This document shows, in pieces, positions 1 through 10,551 of a stretch of DNA of 64,000 nt. Under the pieces are notes generated by a model that saw nothing but the letters and a program-made list of their open reading frames with translations, ran no database searches and was not told the DNA's origin. This DNA is from Gammaproteobacteria bacterium (GTDB lineage: Bacteria > Pseudomonadota > Gammaproteobacteria > GCA-001735895): assembly GCA_050295575.1 (NCBI GenBank), contig JBNKPX010000001.1, positions 28,884 through 92,883 on the forward strand. The letters run 5' to 3'. The position numbers and the translations under genes were made by a program. Each line of letters starts with the position of its first letter. Positions within the stretch are counted from its first letter, which is position 1.

Positions 1-243
1 GATTCGGACTCCTAACACCCCAGAACTAGAAAGATTCACTCAAAGCTGGTTAATTATCGATAATCACTCAATGTGTGTGATTAGCAACCCTGAACGCTTT
101 GAAGGGAAATTGATCGAACATGATCGAAGCTATGTAACAAACCAGCTAGAATTTTTTGATCACGCATGGGAGAACAGCGTACCGGATATCCATAGTCGTC
201 GTTTAAGCATCTAAGTCCTTACCAGGCTCCCATTCAACACCCT

Positions 244-1695
244 CTAATTCAGCAACAGCTCAGCCTGTTTTTCCAGAAACTCCACTACAGCCCTTATATC
301 GTGCCTGCGAGTTCTATGATTGGTAATAGCAGCTCGAATGACTCGATAATCACTCCAGTGTGTCAGCGAAAAAACGGCATCACCTGATAGCTGTAAACGA
401 GTGACGATCTCTTCACAGTACTGATTATTCAGGGCAACACCCTGTTCCTGCTTCAGCCTGAATGTCACGATATTTGAAGCGGGTTTTTCAGTAATCTGAA
501 AGTTAGTTGATTGGTTGATACATTCAGCCAGGTATCGTGCTAACTCACAATTTTGCTGTATGGCTTCACCCAGTTTCTTTAAGCCGTAGGTTTTAATCGT
601 AAACCAGACCTTAAGGGCCCTGAATGAGCGAGAAAGCTCCAGTCCAAAATCACATAACCAGGGATCACCAGCAGCCAGAGCCTGACCCTGCCTGGCAATA
701 TAATTAGGTCTGACACTAAACACTTGCTGCTGAAACTCGGCATGCTTGACCAGTAATCCACCGCAGTCGTATTGCACGTACATGAGCTTATGGAAATCAA
801 ACGCCAGTGAATCAGCCAGATTGATATGATCGGTTAACTGTCTATAGGGTTGATCAGCCAGTCTTAACCACGAGCCAAAAGCTCCATCCACATGCATCCA
901 GCACTGGTATTGATCAGATAAGCTTCGGATTGCAGCAAAATCGTCAAAAGCCCCTGTATTTACCGTGCCTGCATTAGCAATCACCATAAAGGGTTCATAC
1001 CCTTGGGCAATGTCCTGTTTAATTTGCTGTTCTAATGCCTGCAAAGAAATACGATGTTGGCCATCAGTTGGTACTACGATGAGGTTATCACTACCAATAC
1101 CACAGGCATGAATAGCTTTGATGATAGAGCTATGACCTTCGATTGAGGTATAGCAACGCAGTGCCTTTGACAGACCAAAAAGGCCTTTTTGTTTATATTC
1201 CAGCCCCACTTTTTTATACATAGCCAGCTGCATGGCAAGGTGTGTTGATGCTGAAGTACCGGAAGTTAGCACGCCCGCAGCCTGATTCTCGAAACCGAAT
1301 ATCTGCCTGCACCATTGCATCACCAGTCTTTCGACATAGATAGCAGCGTGTTCGCGCCCACCGCAGTTGGCATTCATGGCTGCTGCAGCAAATTCTGCCA
1401 TTAAAGCAGGAACTGACCCACTACCCTGTACCCAACCAAAAAAACGGGGGTGGGTATTACCCGATCTATAGGGACGGATATGTTGCCGATAGCGATCAAC
1501 AACCTGGGCAATGTCTAAACCCTCAACAGGAAGCGTGTCATGCTGTAGAAAATCCTGGGAATCTGTACTCAGTGGCTGCCAGACGGATGAATGCAGGCTT
1601 TCGCCCAAGGCTTTATATTCATCTTCTACAAACCGTGAAAGGAAGTCGCTAAATTCATCCCAGTCAGCGGGATCGAGACCATCGTCAAAATTCAT
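244..1695 (-). CDS. PLP-dependent group II decarboxylase (aromatic-L-amino-acid / L-2,4-diaminobutyrate decarboxylase family)
   Basis: 483-aa ORF with a fold-type I PLP decarboxylase layout. Conserved blocks such as 'SGTSASTHLAMQLA' and 'HVDGAFGSW' fit the group II decarboxylase family. Confidence 0.8.
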   Translation of the reverse strand: MNFDDGLDPADWDEFSDFLSRFVEDEYKALGESLHSSVWQPLSTDSQDFLQHDTLPVEGLDIAQVVDRYRQHIRPYRSGNTHPRFFGWVQGSGSVPALMAEFAAAAMNANCGGREHAAIYVERLVMQWCRQIFGFENQAAGVLTSGTSASTHLAMQLAMYKKVGLEYKQKGLFGLSKALRCYTSIEGHSSIIKAIHACGIGSDNLIVVPTDGQHRISLQALEQQIKQDIAQGYEPFMVIANAGTVNTGAFDDFAAIRSLSDQYQCWMHVDGAFGSWLRLADQPYRQLTDHINLADSLAFDFHKLMYVQYDCGGLLVKHAEFQQQVFSVRPNYIARQGQALAAGDPWLCDFGLELSRSFRALKVWFTIKTYGLKKLGEAIQQNCELARYLAECINQSTNFQITEKPASNIVTFRLKQEQGVALNNQYCEEIVTRLQLSGDAVFSLTHWSDYRVIRAAITNHRTRRHDIRAVVEFLEKQAELLLN

Positions 1696-1753
1696 ACACT
1701 AGTAACTTGCGGGTTAAAAAAAGACCAGCAATTATATCAGCACCTTTTAGTGA

Positions 1754-2404
1754 CTATTCAGATTTGTATCGCCAGCTCAGAAAAGCAATTAATACCACAA
1801 AACTGAATAAAAAGTAGAACAGCATGAGGTTATTAACATAACGAGTTGATACCTTAAGATCAGTTATTGGATAGATAATCTCAACCACACCAGCAACCTG
1901 GCCGGGCTTCGAATTTTCATGACACTGCTGACATGAATCACGAAATTTTGCAGGGTAGAGGAAACGTACACGTTCATCTCTGGAAAACATCTTCTCCTGG
2001 CCTGTTTTAAATACATCAAAGATTGCCAGATCATTCTGGCGTCTCAACATATCTACCTGTATTTCACCAAATTTTTCTGCGACTACAGGTCCCCTAATCA
2101 CTGATATCAACATGCCCGGGCCAGTATCCTTCATTCTCCTGGCCGCATTTTCAATACCATCTACACCCTGACCTGCCAACATAGCGGTATACATAGATTC
2201 AAAGACCATTTGAGAGATATGATGAATTTCATCCCTGGAGATATCCTCGTAGGCATGATTTTTCATTAAGGTTGAAAACAGAAAATACAGGGCGAGAGAC
2301 AAAACGGCGTATACAATCCCCACCTTGATCAGTAAATGCTGGAATTTTCGAGTTTTATTAATGCCCTGACTCATATTATTCTTTTCATTTTTGTCGTTAT
2401 CCAT
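1754..2404 (-). CDS. DUF3365 (Tll0287-like) membrane-anchored protein with a c-type haem motif
   Basis: One N-terminal TM helix, a DUF3365-like central region and a single CxxCH motif ('CQQCH') near the C-terminus. The true start may be the internal Met at about 2374. Confidence 0.5.
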   Translation of the reverse strand: MDNDKNEKNNMSQGINKTRKFQHLLIKVGIVYAVLSLALYFLFSTLMKNHAYEDISRDEIHHISQMVFESMYTAMLAGQGVDGIENAARRMKDTGPGMLISVIRGPVVAEKFGEIQVDMLRRQNDLAIFDVFKTGQEKMFSRDERVRFLYPAKFRDSCQQCHENSKPGQVAGVVEIIYPITDLKVSTRYVNNLMLFYFLFSFVVLIAFLSWRYKSE

Positions 2405-2729
2405 AGCTAATTCCTTTTACCTTTTTATATAAATTTACCGAGTATGTAAATAAATTATAGTGATGTTTTACCCTTTAATGCTCTGGATCAACTTTAATAA
2501 AATACTATTTACGAGTGACTTATTACTGGCATCATTATGTAGTGTCTGGATTTATCTATACCCAGATGCACGTAGACGGTGTTAAGCCTGATTGAGTTGA
2601 GGGATAAAAAGGGGATCAATTAAGCGCGGCGGAGCAGTTGAAGAAATTGTCAAAGCAATCCTGTGCAACTCTTCTCTGAGGGACTTATTCTACTAAAAGA
2701 TTTTTAGATATATCTGTAGACGGAAAAGT

Positions 2730-4658
2730 TTATAAACTGCCGGCAAAGGTTAACGCCTGTGCTCTTTGAGTGGTAACCTGCATGTCCGGTAAGCTGTCTA
2801 GCATATTCTTACCATAAGACTTTGTGCTCAGACGATTATCGGCAATCATCACCATGCCTCGGTCATTAACATCACGTATCAGTCGCCCTACCCCCTGACG
2901 TAACGCGATAATGGCTTCGGGTATCTGAACATCATTGAAAGCATTGCCGCCATGCTCTGAAACCTTCTGCAATCGTCGCTTATAAACTGGGTCTCCAGGT
3001 GATTTGAAGGGAAGTTTATCGATAATCACAAGCTTAAGGCGATCACCCTTAACGTCCACACCTTCCCAGAAACTACTGGTACCCAGCAGAATAGCATTGG
3101 GTGCTTTCAGGTAAGCCTGCAGTAATTCGCTACGCTGCATTTCACCCTGAATGAACAAGGGATATCGCATCCTTTTGCGCAGCATATTGGCAGTCAGGGT
3201 TAACATACGATAGCTGGTGAATAGAATAAAGGTATTGCCTTCTGTAGCATTAATCAATGCGCAACAATCTTCGATAAATACATCCAGATAATTATCATCA
3301 GATGGAGACGGCATATTTTCAGGCAGGTACAACATGGCCTGTTTTTGATAATCGAAGGGGCTATCGAAACTGGCGCATTGTATATCCGCTATCCCCAGTC
3401 GTTTTCTGAAATAGTCAAAAGAATGATTCGAACTCAAGGTGGCAGAGGTGAAAAACACCGACTTAATGGCACTGCTAAATAGTTGCTGGCTAAATTCGTC
3501 GGCTATCTCAATGGGTGAGATCATCAGGCGAAAGCTGTGTTCATTCCATTCATACCAGCTAACACTATTATTATTTTCCAGTTCAAAATCAGCCAGAGAT
3601 TGGCGATAGGTCTCCAGTCTTGCATAGCATGCTGCCAGCTCCTTACCTCGGGGTTTCAGGGCTTCGAGATTTTTTGATAGCTGTAGCATCTCTTCCTGTA
3701 TCGTTTCTACGGCTTTGCGGATCTCCGGGGCATTCTTGATATGGCGCCATTCACCGCGTGAGGTAAACTTTCCCAGCAACAGGCGAAAGTCTGCCATCAG
3801 CGTTTTATTCTTATCGCATAAGGGCTGGATGTCTGCGCTATCACGTGCTTCCTTGATCTGTGCTTCTGTAATTTCTCGCATCAACATATCGAACTGCCGC
3901 ATCGTGATACTACGGCCAAAAAAATGACTCGCAATATCTGGCAGTTGATGAGCTTCATCAAAAATCAATACATCAACATCAGGCAGCAATTCTCCAAATC
4001 CCTCTTCGCGTAGTGCCTGATCGGAAAAAAACAGGTGATGATTAATCACCACCACATCGGCATCCATCGCCTTGCGGCGCGCTTTGGTAACAAAGCATTG
4101 GGAGAATTCGGGGCAGTCGCTACCCAGGCAATTATCGGCATTGGAAGTGGCGTAAAACCACAGGCTGTCGTTTTCGGGGATATCGGCGAATTCTGCAATA
4201 TCTCCAGTGAGCGAGGTTTGTGACCAATCGGCCAAAGCATCGAATACCCCGGCTAACTGTCGAGTTTGAAAACGGCGTTGCTGACGGTATTTATTGATAC
4301 GATGCGGGCAGCAATAGTTACTACGGCCCTTTAAAAGCGCAAGCTGTTTGCCTGACACAATAGTTTTATTGATTAACGGAATATCCTTTTTAAACAGCTG
4401 ATCCTGCAGGTTTTTTGTACCGGTTGAGATCAGAATCTTGTGTGCCGACAAAAATGCCGGTACCAGATAGGCAAAGGACTTGCCGATACCTGTACTGGCT
4501 TCAATTACCTGACTTTCACCAGCCCTGATGCAACGCATGATCAGGTTAGCCATATTTAATTGGCTATCACGTGTCTGATACCCATCAATGTATTGTTGCA
4601 ATATGCCCTGTTCACCCAGCACATCTTCAACTTCAAGCTCTGAAGCCAGTTTTACCAT
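2730..4658 (-). CDS. yoaA: ATP-dependent DNA helicase YoaA (DinG family, Fe-S helicase)
   Basis: 642 aa with Walker A 'ASTGIGKSFAYLVPA' and DEAH box 'LIFDEAHQLPDIAS'. The Fe-S cysteine block 'NCLGSDCPEFSQCFVTKARRKAMDADVVVINHH' is nearly identical to the E. coli YoaA region as I recall it. Confidence 0.85.
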   Translation of the reverse strand: MVKLASELEVEDVLGEQGILQQYIDGYQTRDSQLNMANLIMRCIRAGESQVIEASTGIGKSFAYLVPAFLSAHKILISTGTKNLQDQLFKKDIPLINKTIVSGKQLALLKGRSNYCCPHRINKYRQQRRFQTRQLAGVFDALADWSQTSLTGDIAEFADIPENDSLWFYATSNADNCLGSDCPEFSQCFVTKARRKAMDADVVVINHHLFFSDQALREEGFGELLPDVDVLIFDEAHQLPDIASHFFGRSITMRQFDMLMREITEAQIKEARDSADIQPLCDKNKTLMADFRLLLGKFTSRGEWRHIKNAPEIRKAVETIQEEMLQLSKNLEALKPRGKELAACYARLETYRQSLADFELENNNSVSWYEWNEHSFRLMISPIEIADEFSQQLFSSAIKSVFFTSATLSSNHSFDYFRKRLGIADIQCASFDSPFDYQKQAMLYLPENMPSPSDDNYLDVFIEDCCALINATEGNTFILFTSYRMLTLTANMLRKRMRYPLFIQGEMQRSELLQAYLKAPNAILLGTSSFWEGVDVKGDRLKLVIIDKLPFKSPGDPVYKRRLQKVSEHGGNAFNDVQIPEAIIALRQGVGRLIRDVNDRGMVMIADNRLSTKSYGKNMLDSLPDMQVTTQRAQALTFAGSL

Positions 4659-4683
4659 GGGTTGTTGTTACTCACAGAAGAAT

Positions 4684-5067
4684 TCAAGGAGAACACTGCT
4701 CTAGCAGTATTTTATTGGCCCGCTGTAGATCAGGATCGAACTGGCTGTAGGCTATGGCACGTTGAATCATATTCCGGCAGTGCGGAAAATCCTGTTTATG
4801 CCAGTAGTTCTGAGCCAGGTAATGCCAGTTCAGCGCATTGCGCGGCTCAATCTTTACCGCTCTTTGCAGGTACTCGATAGCTGAGTCATACTGTTGCTGA
4901 TTCATCAACTTGAGTGCCTGCAATTGCAGACGGTTTAAGGTTTTTTGCTGTACCTTGCTACTATCGGGTTGATGGTATTGATCAGTTTCAACCACTGACT
5001 TGGGCGTCGTACATCCAGCTAAAAATGCCAGAGCAAACAGTAATATTAGAAATGATCTTGTAGCCAA
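4684..5067 (-). CDS. TPR-like outer-membrane lipoprotein, candidate LpoP-type PBP1B activator
   Basis: Signal peptide with lipobox 'LAGC' and a TPR-like helical repeat body. The gene overlaps the 3' end of mrcB by 22 bp, the arrangement seen for Pseudomonas lpoP-ponB. Confidence 0.55.
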   Translation of the reverse strand: MATRSFLILLFALAFLAGCTTPKSVVETDQYHQPDSSKVQQKTLNRLQLQALKLMNQQQYDSAIEYLQRAVKIEPRNALNWHYLAQNYWHKQDFPHCRNMIQRAIAYSQFDPDLQRANKILLEQCSP

Positions 5068-7355
5068 CGTATTCCCCGGTCTATAAAGTCTTGTTTACAT
5101 TCACTGCTGAAATCAGGCTGCTTTCCTTTCTCAAATGGCAATAGTGCCGAAGACTCACAACCCTTTTGCGTTTTACCGCCTTTGATTTTATCGACATAGA
5201 TCCACTCTAGTTCGGGATCAGGCGATAATTTAAGTGAACTATCATCTACCCTGTTCATAATATCGGCCCAAACTCGCAAGGCCCCGGATGAACCGGTTAA
5301 TCCTGTCGGATGATTTTCATCATTGCCCAGCCATACTACCGTTAAATAACGATTAGAAAAACCGGCAAACCAGGAATCTCTCAAATCGTTTGTGGTTCCT
5401 GTTTTTCCAGCAAAGGTTTTTTCTTCAAAACGGCTTTTCAGATAACGCGCTGTTCCTTCTTCGGTTACACCGATCATCGCTCTTTGCAACTGTATCATCG
5501 CACGTCGATCAAATACCTCCTGCGAAGAAAGCGGTATACGTGTCAACAACTGAAAATGGTCATCAGTCACCTCGCGTATAGTAGTAAGCGGTGAAAAATA
5601 GCCCGAGTTAGCCATCACCTGATACATCTGGGCCACTTCATAAGGCGTCAACTGCAAGGCGCCCAACAGCATAGAAGGATAGATCACCCTTTGTTTCTGT
5701 AAATGTATCTTATCCAGATCTTCGGTCAGCGTCTGCAGGGCACCGCTTTCCACGCCAAGATTGACGAATGGCAGATTATAGGAATGGATGAAAGCATTAT
5801 ACAAAGTCATCTTTCCATGCAGTTTTTTATCGTAATTTAGCGGTGCCCATACCTTGCCATCCGACTGTTTTATGCGTATCGGTCGGTCTTCAACCTCTGT
5901 TGCCAGAGAACTTCCAGATTTCAATAGCCCATAAAGCAACAGGGGTTTAATCAGAGAGCCCACAGGTCGTTGAGCCATGACGGCACGGTTGTAACCGGGA
6001 TAATCGGTATCTCGATCACCCACCAGAGCCACAAGGTCTCCGCTTAAATAATCAGCCATGATAACGGCTGACTGGATCTCTTTATCTTTGAAACGATTCA
6101 GCCCCTGTTGTAGGCCCTTTTCTAGTTGTTGCTGTCGTAATGGATCGAAAGCAGTAAAGATATTAAGGCCTTTATTGGATAAATCCTGCGCTGAGTAATT
6201 ACTGTAGAGCTGTTTTTTTACCAGATCCAGGTAGGCTGGAAATCGATTCACCGTAGGCAATCGTTTGACCACCGCAAGCGGTTTATTGGAAAGGTGTTTG
6301 TATGCCGTTTGCGTAATCTGTCCATCTGTCAGCAATACCTTCAGCACCTGATTACGCCGTTTAAGCGCATTTTTAGGGTTGGTTATTGGATTATATAAAG
6401 ATGGCCCTTTTACCATACCGACCAATAAGGCAAGACGATCAGTGCTAAGGCCTGTTAAAGGCTGTTTAAATAGCAGTTTACTGGCCAGTTCAAAGCCATG
6501 CACCGATGTATTCTTCTGCTGCAAAAGAAATACTTCATTGATATAAGCCGCTAATATGGTTTTTTTATCAAATTGAAGCTCGAGCATCAAGGCTAACAGA
6601 GCTTCATTGATTTTACGGATTAAAGATCGCTCTGGTGTCAGAAATAGATTCTTGGCCAGCTGCTGAGTCAATGTACTTCCGCCCTGTACGGTTTTTCCAG
6701 CCCTGATATTCGCCATCAAGGCACGCATGATAGAAAGTGGGTTGACCCCAAAATGGCTGAAAAACCTGCGATCCTCAACCGCCAGTAGTATATCCACTAA
6801 CTCATCGGGTATCTGATCCGCATCGACCACCAGTCGGTCTTCCCCATTGCTGGGTATATAGCTACCGATTAAAGCCGGGGTCAGTTGGTAAAAATCAAGC
6901 TGCTGGGCAGTATCCAGGTTTTTAACTTCAGTCACTTGCTCGCCATTGAATCGGATACGCATATGATTCTGCGGCTGCGGCTCAGCCTTGCCGGGCAACT
7001 GGAAGGGTTTGGCAAAAAACTCAATGATAGAACCAGATCTGGAAAACTGGCCTACAGCTGAAACCTGCTTGACCGGTTTGTAATCAGCCAGCCTCAATTC
7101 GGACATCAGCTGTTCAGGGCTAAGCTTCAAACCCGAATAAAGCTCCAGAGGGCGCGCATACACGCGTGAGGGTCTAGCCCAGGTATCGCCATCGAATCGT
7201 TGTTGAATAAACCGGTTCAGGTACCAGCTATAAGCGACCAGCATAACAATAAAGATCAGCAACAATCCCAGCAGGATTTTTTTCCAGCTAAAAGATGAAG
7301 TGTTTTTTTGCTTTGTACGCTTGCCAGGTGATTTCTTTTTACGGGCTTTTGTCAT
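5046..7355 (-). CDS. mrcB: Penicillin-binding protein 1B (bifunctional glycosyltransferase / transpeptidase)
   Basis: Basic cytoplasmic tail, one TM helix and a UB2H region. The GT51 motifs 'EDRRFFSHFGV' and 'GGSTLTQQLAKNLFL' are present. The transpeptidase motifs 'SLIKP' and 'KTGTTND' are also present. The protein is colinear with E. coli PBP1B. Confidence 0.9.
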   Translation of the reverse strand: MTKARKKKSPGKRTKQKNTSSFSWKKILLGLLLIFIVMLVAYSWYLNRFIQQRFDGDTWARPSRVYARPLELYSGLKLSPEQLMSELRLADYKPVKQVSAVGQFSRSGSIIEFFAKPFQLPGKAEPQPQNHMRIRFNGEQVTEVKNLDTAQQLDFYQLTPALIGSYIPSNGEDRLVVDADQIPDELVDILLAVEDRRFFSHFGVNPLSIMRALMANIRAGKTVQGGSTLTQQLAKNLFLTPERSLIRKINEALLALMLELQFDKKTILAAYINEVFLLQQKNTSVHGFELASKLLFKQPLTGLSTDRLALLVGMVKGPSLYNPITNPKNALKRRNQVLKVLLTDGQITQTAYKHLSNKPLAVVKRLPTVNRFPAYLDLVKKQLYSNYSAQDLSNKGLNIFTAFDPLRQQQLEKGLQQGLNRFKDKEIQSAVIMADYLSGDLVALVGDRDTDYPGYNRAVMAQRPVGSLIKPLLLYGLLKSGSSLATEVEDRPIRIKQSDGKVWAPLNYDKKLHGKMTLYNAFIHSYNLPFVNLGVESGALQTLTEDLDKIHLQKQRVIYPSMLLGALQLTPYEVAQMYQVMANSGYFSPLTTIREVTDDHFQLLTRIPLSSQEVFDRRAMIQLQRAMIGVTEEGTARYLKSRFEEKTFAGKTGTTNDLRDSWFAGFSNRYLTVVWLGNDENHPTGLTGSSGALRVWADIMNRVDDSSLKLSPDPELEWIYVDKIKGGKTQKGCESSALLPFEKGKQPDFSSECKQDFIDRGIRWLQDHF

Positions 7356-7404
7356 TGAAAACTTATGTTAGACTCTGCGGGTTTTTAAGGCTGGATTAGT
7401 TAAG

Positions 7405-8202
7405 GTGTGGGTTTTTCGAATTATAACTTTTTTAATGCTGTTTTACACATTCAATGTTTCTGCTGATATAAGCATTCGCTACGATATTGTTAAACCCGGT
7501 AAACATCTGCCTTACCACTCGATATTGATAAAACGTGATCTTGTACGTATTAATCAGGATATCGACCAGGCGAATGCCATTCTGCTCAACCTGCGTACTG
7601 GAGATATAGCACAACTGCATAACCCCACATCACGCTACTTTGAGATAAATGCTCACACCATCGGTCAATACATCGGTTTTTATAAACAAAATAAAACCCT
7701 GCTGCAGGGGTTAATAGACCAGGGGATGGCTCAGCTCGGGCCACAGCAACGCGATCAAGTTCAGCAATTTCTGGATCAATACAAAAAACCTGCCTCTGCG
7801 TATCAGTTTGATATCAGGGTAAGCAAACACCAACAACAGGTGTTAGGTGTGGATTGCACGGTCATTGCTGTATTCGAGCAGAATAAGCTGCAAAGTGAAG
7901 TCTGTATGTCAGCTTACCAGCAGCTGGGTTTGCATGCGGATAATATCAACAGCCTGGAATTGCTGAGGAAATTTATTCAGCAATTTAAGCAATCTGCACC
8001 AACACAACATCAGCAGTTATTCGAATTGATAGCACTTCCGGGCAATCGAATTAATGGCATACCGATGCAGATTGTGAACTATCGAGCGGATGGAAAAGTA
8101 GCCAGGGTCATCCAGGCGGCTGCCATCTCGTTACGGACTATTCCTGAACAGGCCTATCGTATCCCACCCGGTTTCCAGCCCAATAACTTCCCGCTGTTGT
8201 AG
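7405..8202 (+). CDS. hypothetical secreted protein (N-terminal signal peptide)
   Basis: 265-aa ORF with a hydrophobic N-terminus ending '..NVSA' and a Gln-rich mature part. It is divergent from mrcB. No family was recognised. Confidence 0.45.
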   Translation: MWVFRIITFLMLFYTFNVSADISIRYDIVKPGKHLPYHSILIKRDLVRINQDIDQANAILLNLRTGDIAQLHNPTSRYFEINAHTIGQYIGFYKQNKTLLQGLIDQGMAQLGPQQRDQVQQFLDQYKKPASAYQFDIRVSKHQQQVLGVDCTVIAVFEQNKLQSEVCMSAYQQLGLHADNINSLELLRKFIQQFKQSAPTQHQQLFELIALPGNRINGIPMQIVNYRADGKVARVIQAAAISLRTIPEQAYRIPPGFQPNNFPLL

Positions 8203-8204
8203 AT

Positions 8205-8230
8205 TCGCTGTTGATCTGTATCGACAGCGA
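8205..8230. terminator. hairpin between convergent genes, putative bidirectional terminator
   Basis: Perfect 7-bp stem 'tcgctgt'/'acagcga' around a 12-nt loop, immediately after the stop of the 7405..8202 ORF and 12 bp from the aro gene stop. Confidence 0.35.
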
Positions 8231-8242
8231 TTAAAAACCACC

Positions 8243-9310
8243 TTAGTTGCTGGAACGGGCCTGCTTTACTGCTTCTGCCAGAGTATATAACAGCTTTTCG
8301 CTGTCATCCCAGCCCAGGCATGCATCGGTGATACTTTGACCATAGGTCAATTCCTGCCCGTCAGTATTCTGTCTACCTTCTACCAGATGAGACTCAATCA
8401 TCACACCGAAAATAGATTTCTGTCCGGTTTTTAATTGATGTGCGACATCCTCACCCACTTCAACCTGTTTGTGGAATTTCTTGGAACTATTGGCATGGCT
8501 GAAATCGATCATAACCCGTTCTGGCAGACCACACTCCTGTAATTGGCGAGCGGCTTCATTGACGCTTTCACGATCATAATTCGGACGACTACCACCACGT
8601 AAAATCACGTGGGTATACTCATTTCCAGAGGTAGTAAAGATAGCAGAGTGCCCCTGTTTGGTTACTGAGAGAAAGCTATGTGGCTTCGAAGCTGAACGGA
8701 TAGCATCAATAGCAATCTGCAAACGTCCATCGGTGCCATTCTTAAAACCCACTGGACAGGACAGGCCTGATGACAGCTCTCTATGCCCCTGGCTTTCTGT
8801 GGTGCGAGCACCAATGGCTCCCCATGAAACCAGGTCCGCAATATATTGCGGACTAATCAAATCCAGATACTCGGTACCGGCAGGAATGCCCATGTCTGAT
8901 ATTTTCAATAACAACTCACGAGCCATTCTGACACCCTTATTGATATGAAAACTCTCATCCAGATCGGGATCATTGATCAGTCCCTTCCAACCAACCGTGG
9001 TGCGGGGTTTTTCGAAGTACACCCGCATAACAATGAGTAATTCATTGGACAGCTCATCCATCACCTTTTTCAGGCGACCGGCATATTCCAGTGCAGCTTC
9101 AGGATCATGGATTGAACAGGGGCCTATCACCACCACCAGACGGTCATCTTCACCATCAAGCACACGATAGATATCCTTCCTGGCCTGAAAAACGGTCTCA
9201 TTGCCCTTTTCAGTAATAGGGAGTTCTTTGTGAACCTGTTCCGGAGAAGCCAGTTCCTTGATCGCGGTAATTCTTAAATCGTCAGTTTGATGCATGATAT
9301 TTAAAGTCAA
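8243..9310 (-). CDS. 3-deoxy-7-phosphoheptulonate (DAHP) synthase, class I-alpha
   Basis: 355 aa with 'VVIGPCSIHD', 'KPRTTVGWKGL' and 'GARTTESQ' motifs, colinear with AroG/AroF/AroH. The isozyme cannot be assigned from sequence alone. Confidence 0.9.
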   Translation of the reverse strand: MTLNIMHQTDDLRITAIKELASPEQVHKELPITEKGNETVFQARKDIYRVLDGEDDRLVVVIGPCSIHDPEAALEYAGRLKKVMDELSNELLIVMRVYFEKPRTTVGWKGLINDPDLDESFHINKGVRMARELLLKISDMGIPAGTEYLDLISPQYIADLVSWGAIGARTTESQGHRELSSGLSCPVGFKNGTDGRLQIAIDAIRSASKPHSFLSVTKQGHSAIFTTSGNEYTHVILRGGSRPNYDRESVNEAARQLQECGLPERVMIDFSHANSSKKFHKQVEVGEDVAHQLKTGQKSIFGVMIESHLVEGRQNTDGQELTYGQSITDACLGWDDSEKLLYTLAEAVKQARSSN

Positions 9311-9355
9311 ATGCCCACAGGGCGTTAAAAAAGCGCTCTATTCTTCCTGATCAAA

Positions 9356-10360
9356 TCAGGAATTACCAGAATTATATTGCTGCAATATGTGCAGGCTTTC
9401 CTCAGTACTTAAACGCGGCCCAAATTGAGTAACGATTTTTGAGGAAGCCAGCGAAGCCAGCTGTCCAGATTCCACATAACCATAGCCATGCGTTAAACCG
9501 TAGAGAAAGGCTCCAGCAAACATATCTCCGGCACCCAGGGTATCAACGGCCGTCACAGGATTGGGAGCGATCTGATGCAGCTCTTCTCCATCGAAAACCA
9601 GTGCCCCTTTGGCACCCATGGTTACGGCAAAGGTTTTGGCATAGGCTTTCAGGCGTTCTACCATTTGTTCAGGATATTCAGTCTCGGTTAATTCCTGAGC
9701 TTCTTCCTCATTGGCAAACAGCAGGTCTACACCGTCACCGATCATCTCCAGCATACCATCACGAAAAAATCTCATCATATTCGGATCAGACAGGGTTAAA
9801 GCGGTTTTAACACCATGTTGCATAGCATATTTTTTGGCCTGCAATACGGCATCACGAGAACTTTGATCGGTGACAAGATAGCCCTCAAGGTAGATATAGT
9901 CTGAGTCAGCTATTGCCTGTTCAGAGACAAAGCTATCATTAAGGTCAGCACTCGACCCGAGAAAGGTATTCATCGTGCGGTCTGCATCTGGTGTTACGAA
10001 AACCATACATTTTCCCGTCACTCCACCATCCACCATATGAAGATCAGCATTGGTATGCAGGCCAGATTTTTTCAGGTCCTGGATAAAAAATTGCCCAGCC
10101 ATATCGTTGGCTACACAGCAGGAAAAATAGCTTTGCCCACCCATCTGAGCTATAGCAATCAGGGTATTGGCGGCAGATCCACCGCAGGCCATTTTTTCAT
10201 GTTGCCCCCCCAGATAATTGAACAGATGATTGTGTAGATTTTCATCAATCAGTGTCATAACCCCCTTCTCTATACCCATAGAAACGAGTTCAGAGGGTTC
10301 TTTGTGATACTCAACATCTACCAGTGCATTACCTAATGCATAAACATCATAACTCTTCAT
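9356..10360 (-). CDS. PfkB-family carbohydrate/nucleoside kinase (adenosine kinase-like)
   Basis: 334 aa with the ribokinase-family N-terminal 'GNALVD' and C-terminal 'DTLGAGDMFAGAF' anion-hole/catalytic motif. Confidence 0.75.
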   Translation of the reverse strand: MKSYDVYALGNALVDVEYHKEPSELVSMGIEKGVMTLIDENLHNHLFNYLGGQHEKMACGGSAANTLIAIAQMGGQSYFSCCVANDMAGQFFIQDLKKSGLHTNADLHMVDGGVTGKCMVFVTPDADRTMNTFLGSSADLNDSFVSEQAIADSDYIYLEGYLVTDQSSRDAVLQAKKYAMQHGVKTALTLSDPNMMRFFRDGMLEMIGDGVDLLFANEEEAQELTETEYPEQMVERLKAYAKTFAVTMGAKGALVFDGEELHQIAPNPVTAVDTLGAGDMFAGAFLYGLTHGYGYVESGQLASLASSKIVTQFGPRLSTEESLHILQQYNSGNS

Positions 10361-10551
10361 TACTTAGCCTTATATTATTTAATTACAATTACTTACAGGT
10401 AGTTTAGAAAATTTTATTTAATCTAAAACCTTAATTATTTGATTTAAGGTGAAAATCAAAAATAATTTTATACATGGGTCAATTTTTTGTATACAAACAC
10501 TTCATTTACGTTTTTAATGCTTATCCGCTTAATAAAATGGGGGGATCAACT

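Noticed and set aside
579-4240. Small ORFs nested in or antisense to the decarboxylase and yoaA genes (579..800, 1511..1702, 3715..3927, 4035..4223, 4046..4240)
   Set aside because: They lie entirely within well-supported larger genes on either strand, with no start-context signals. They are shadow ORFs.
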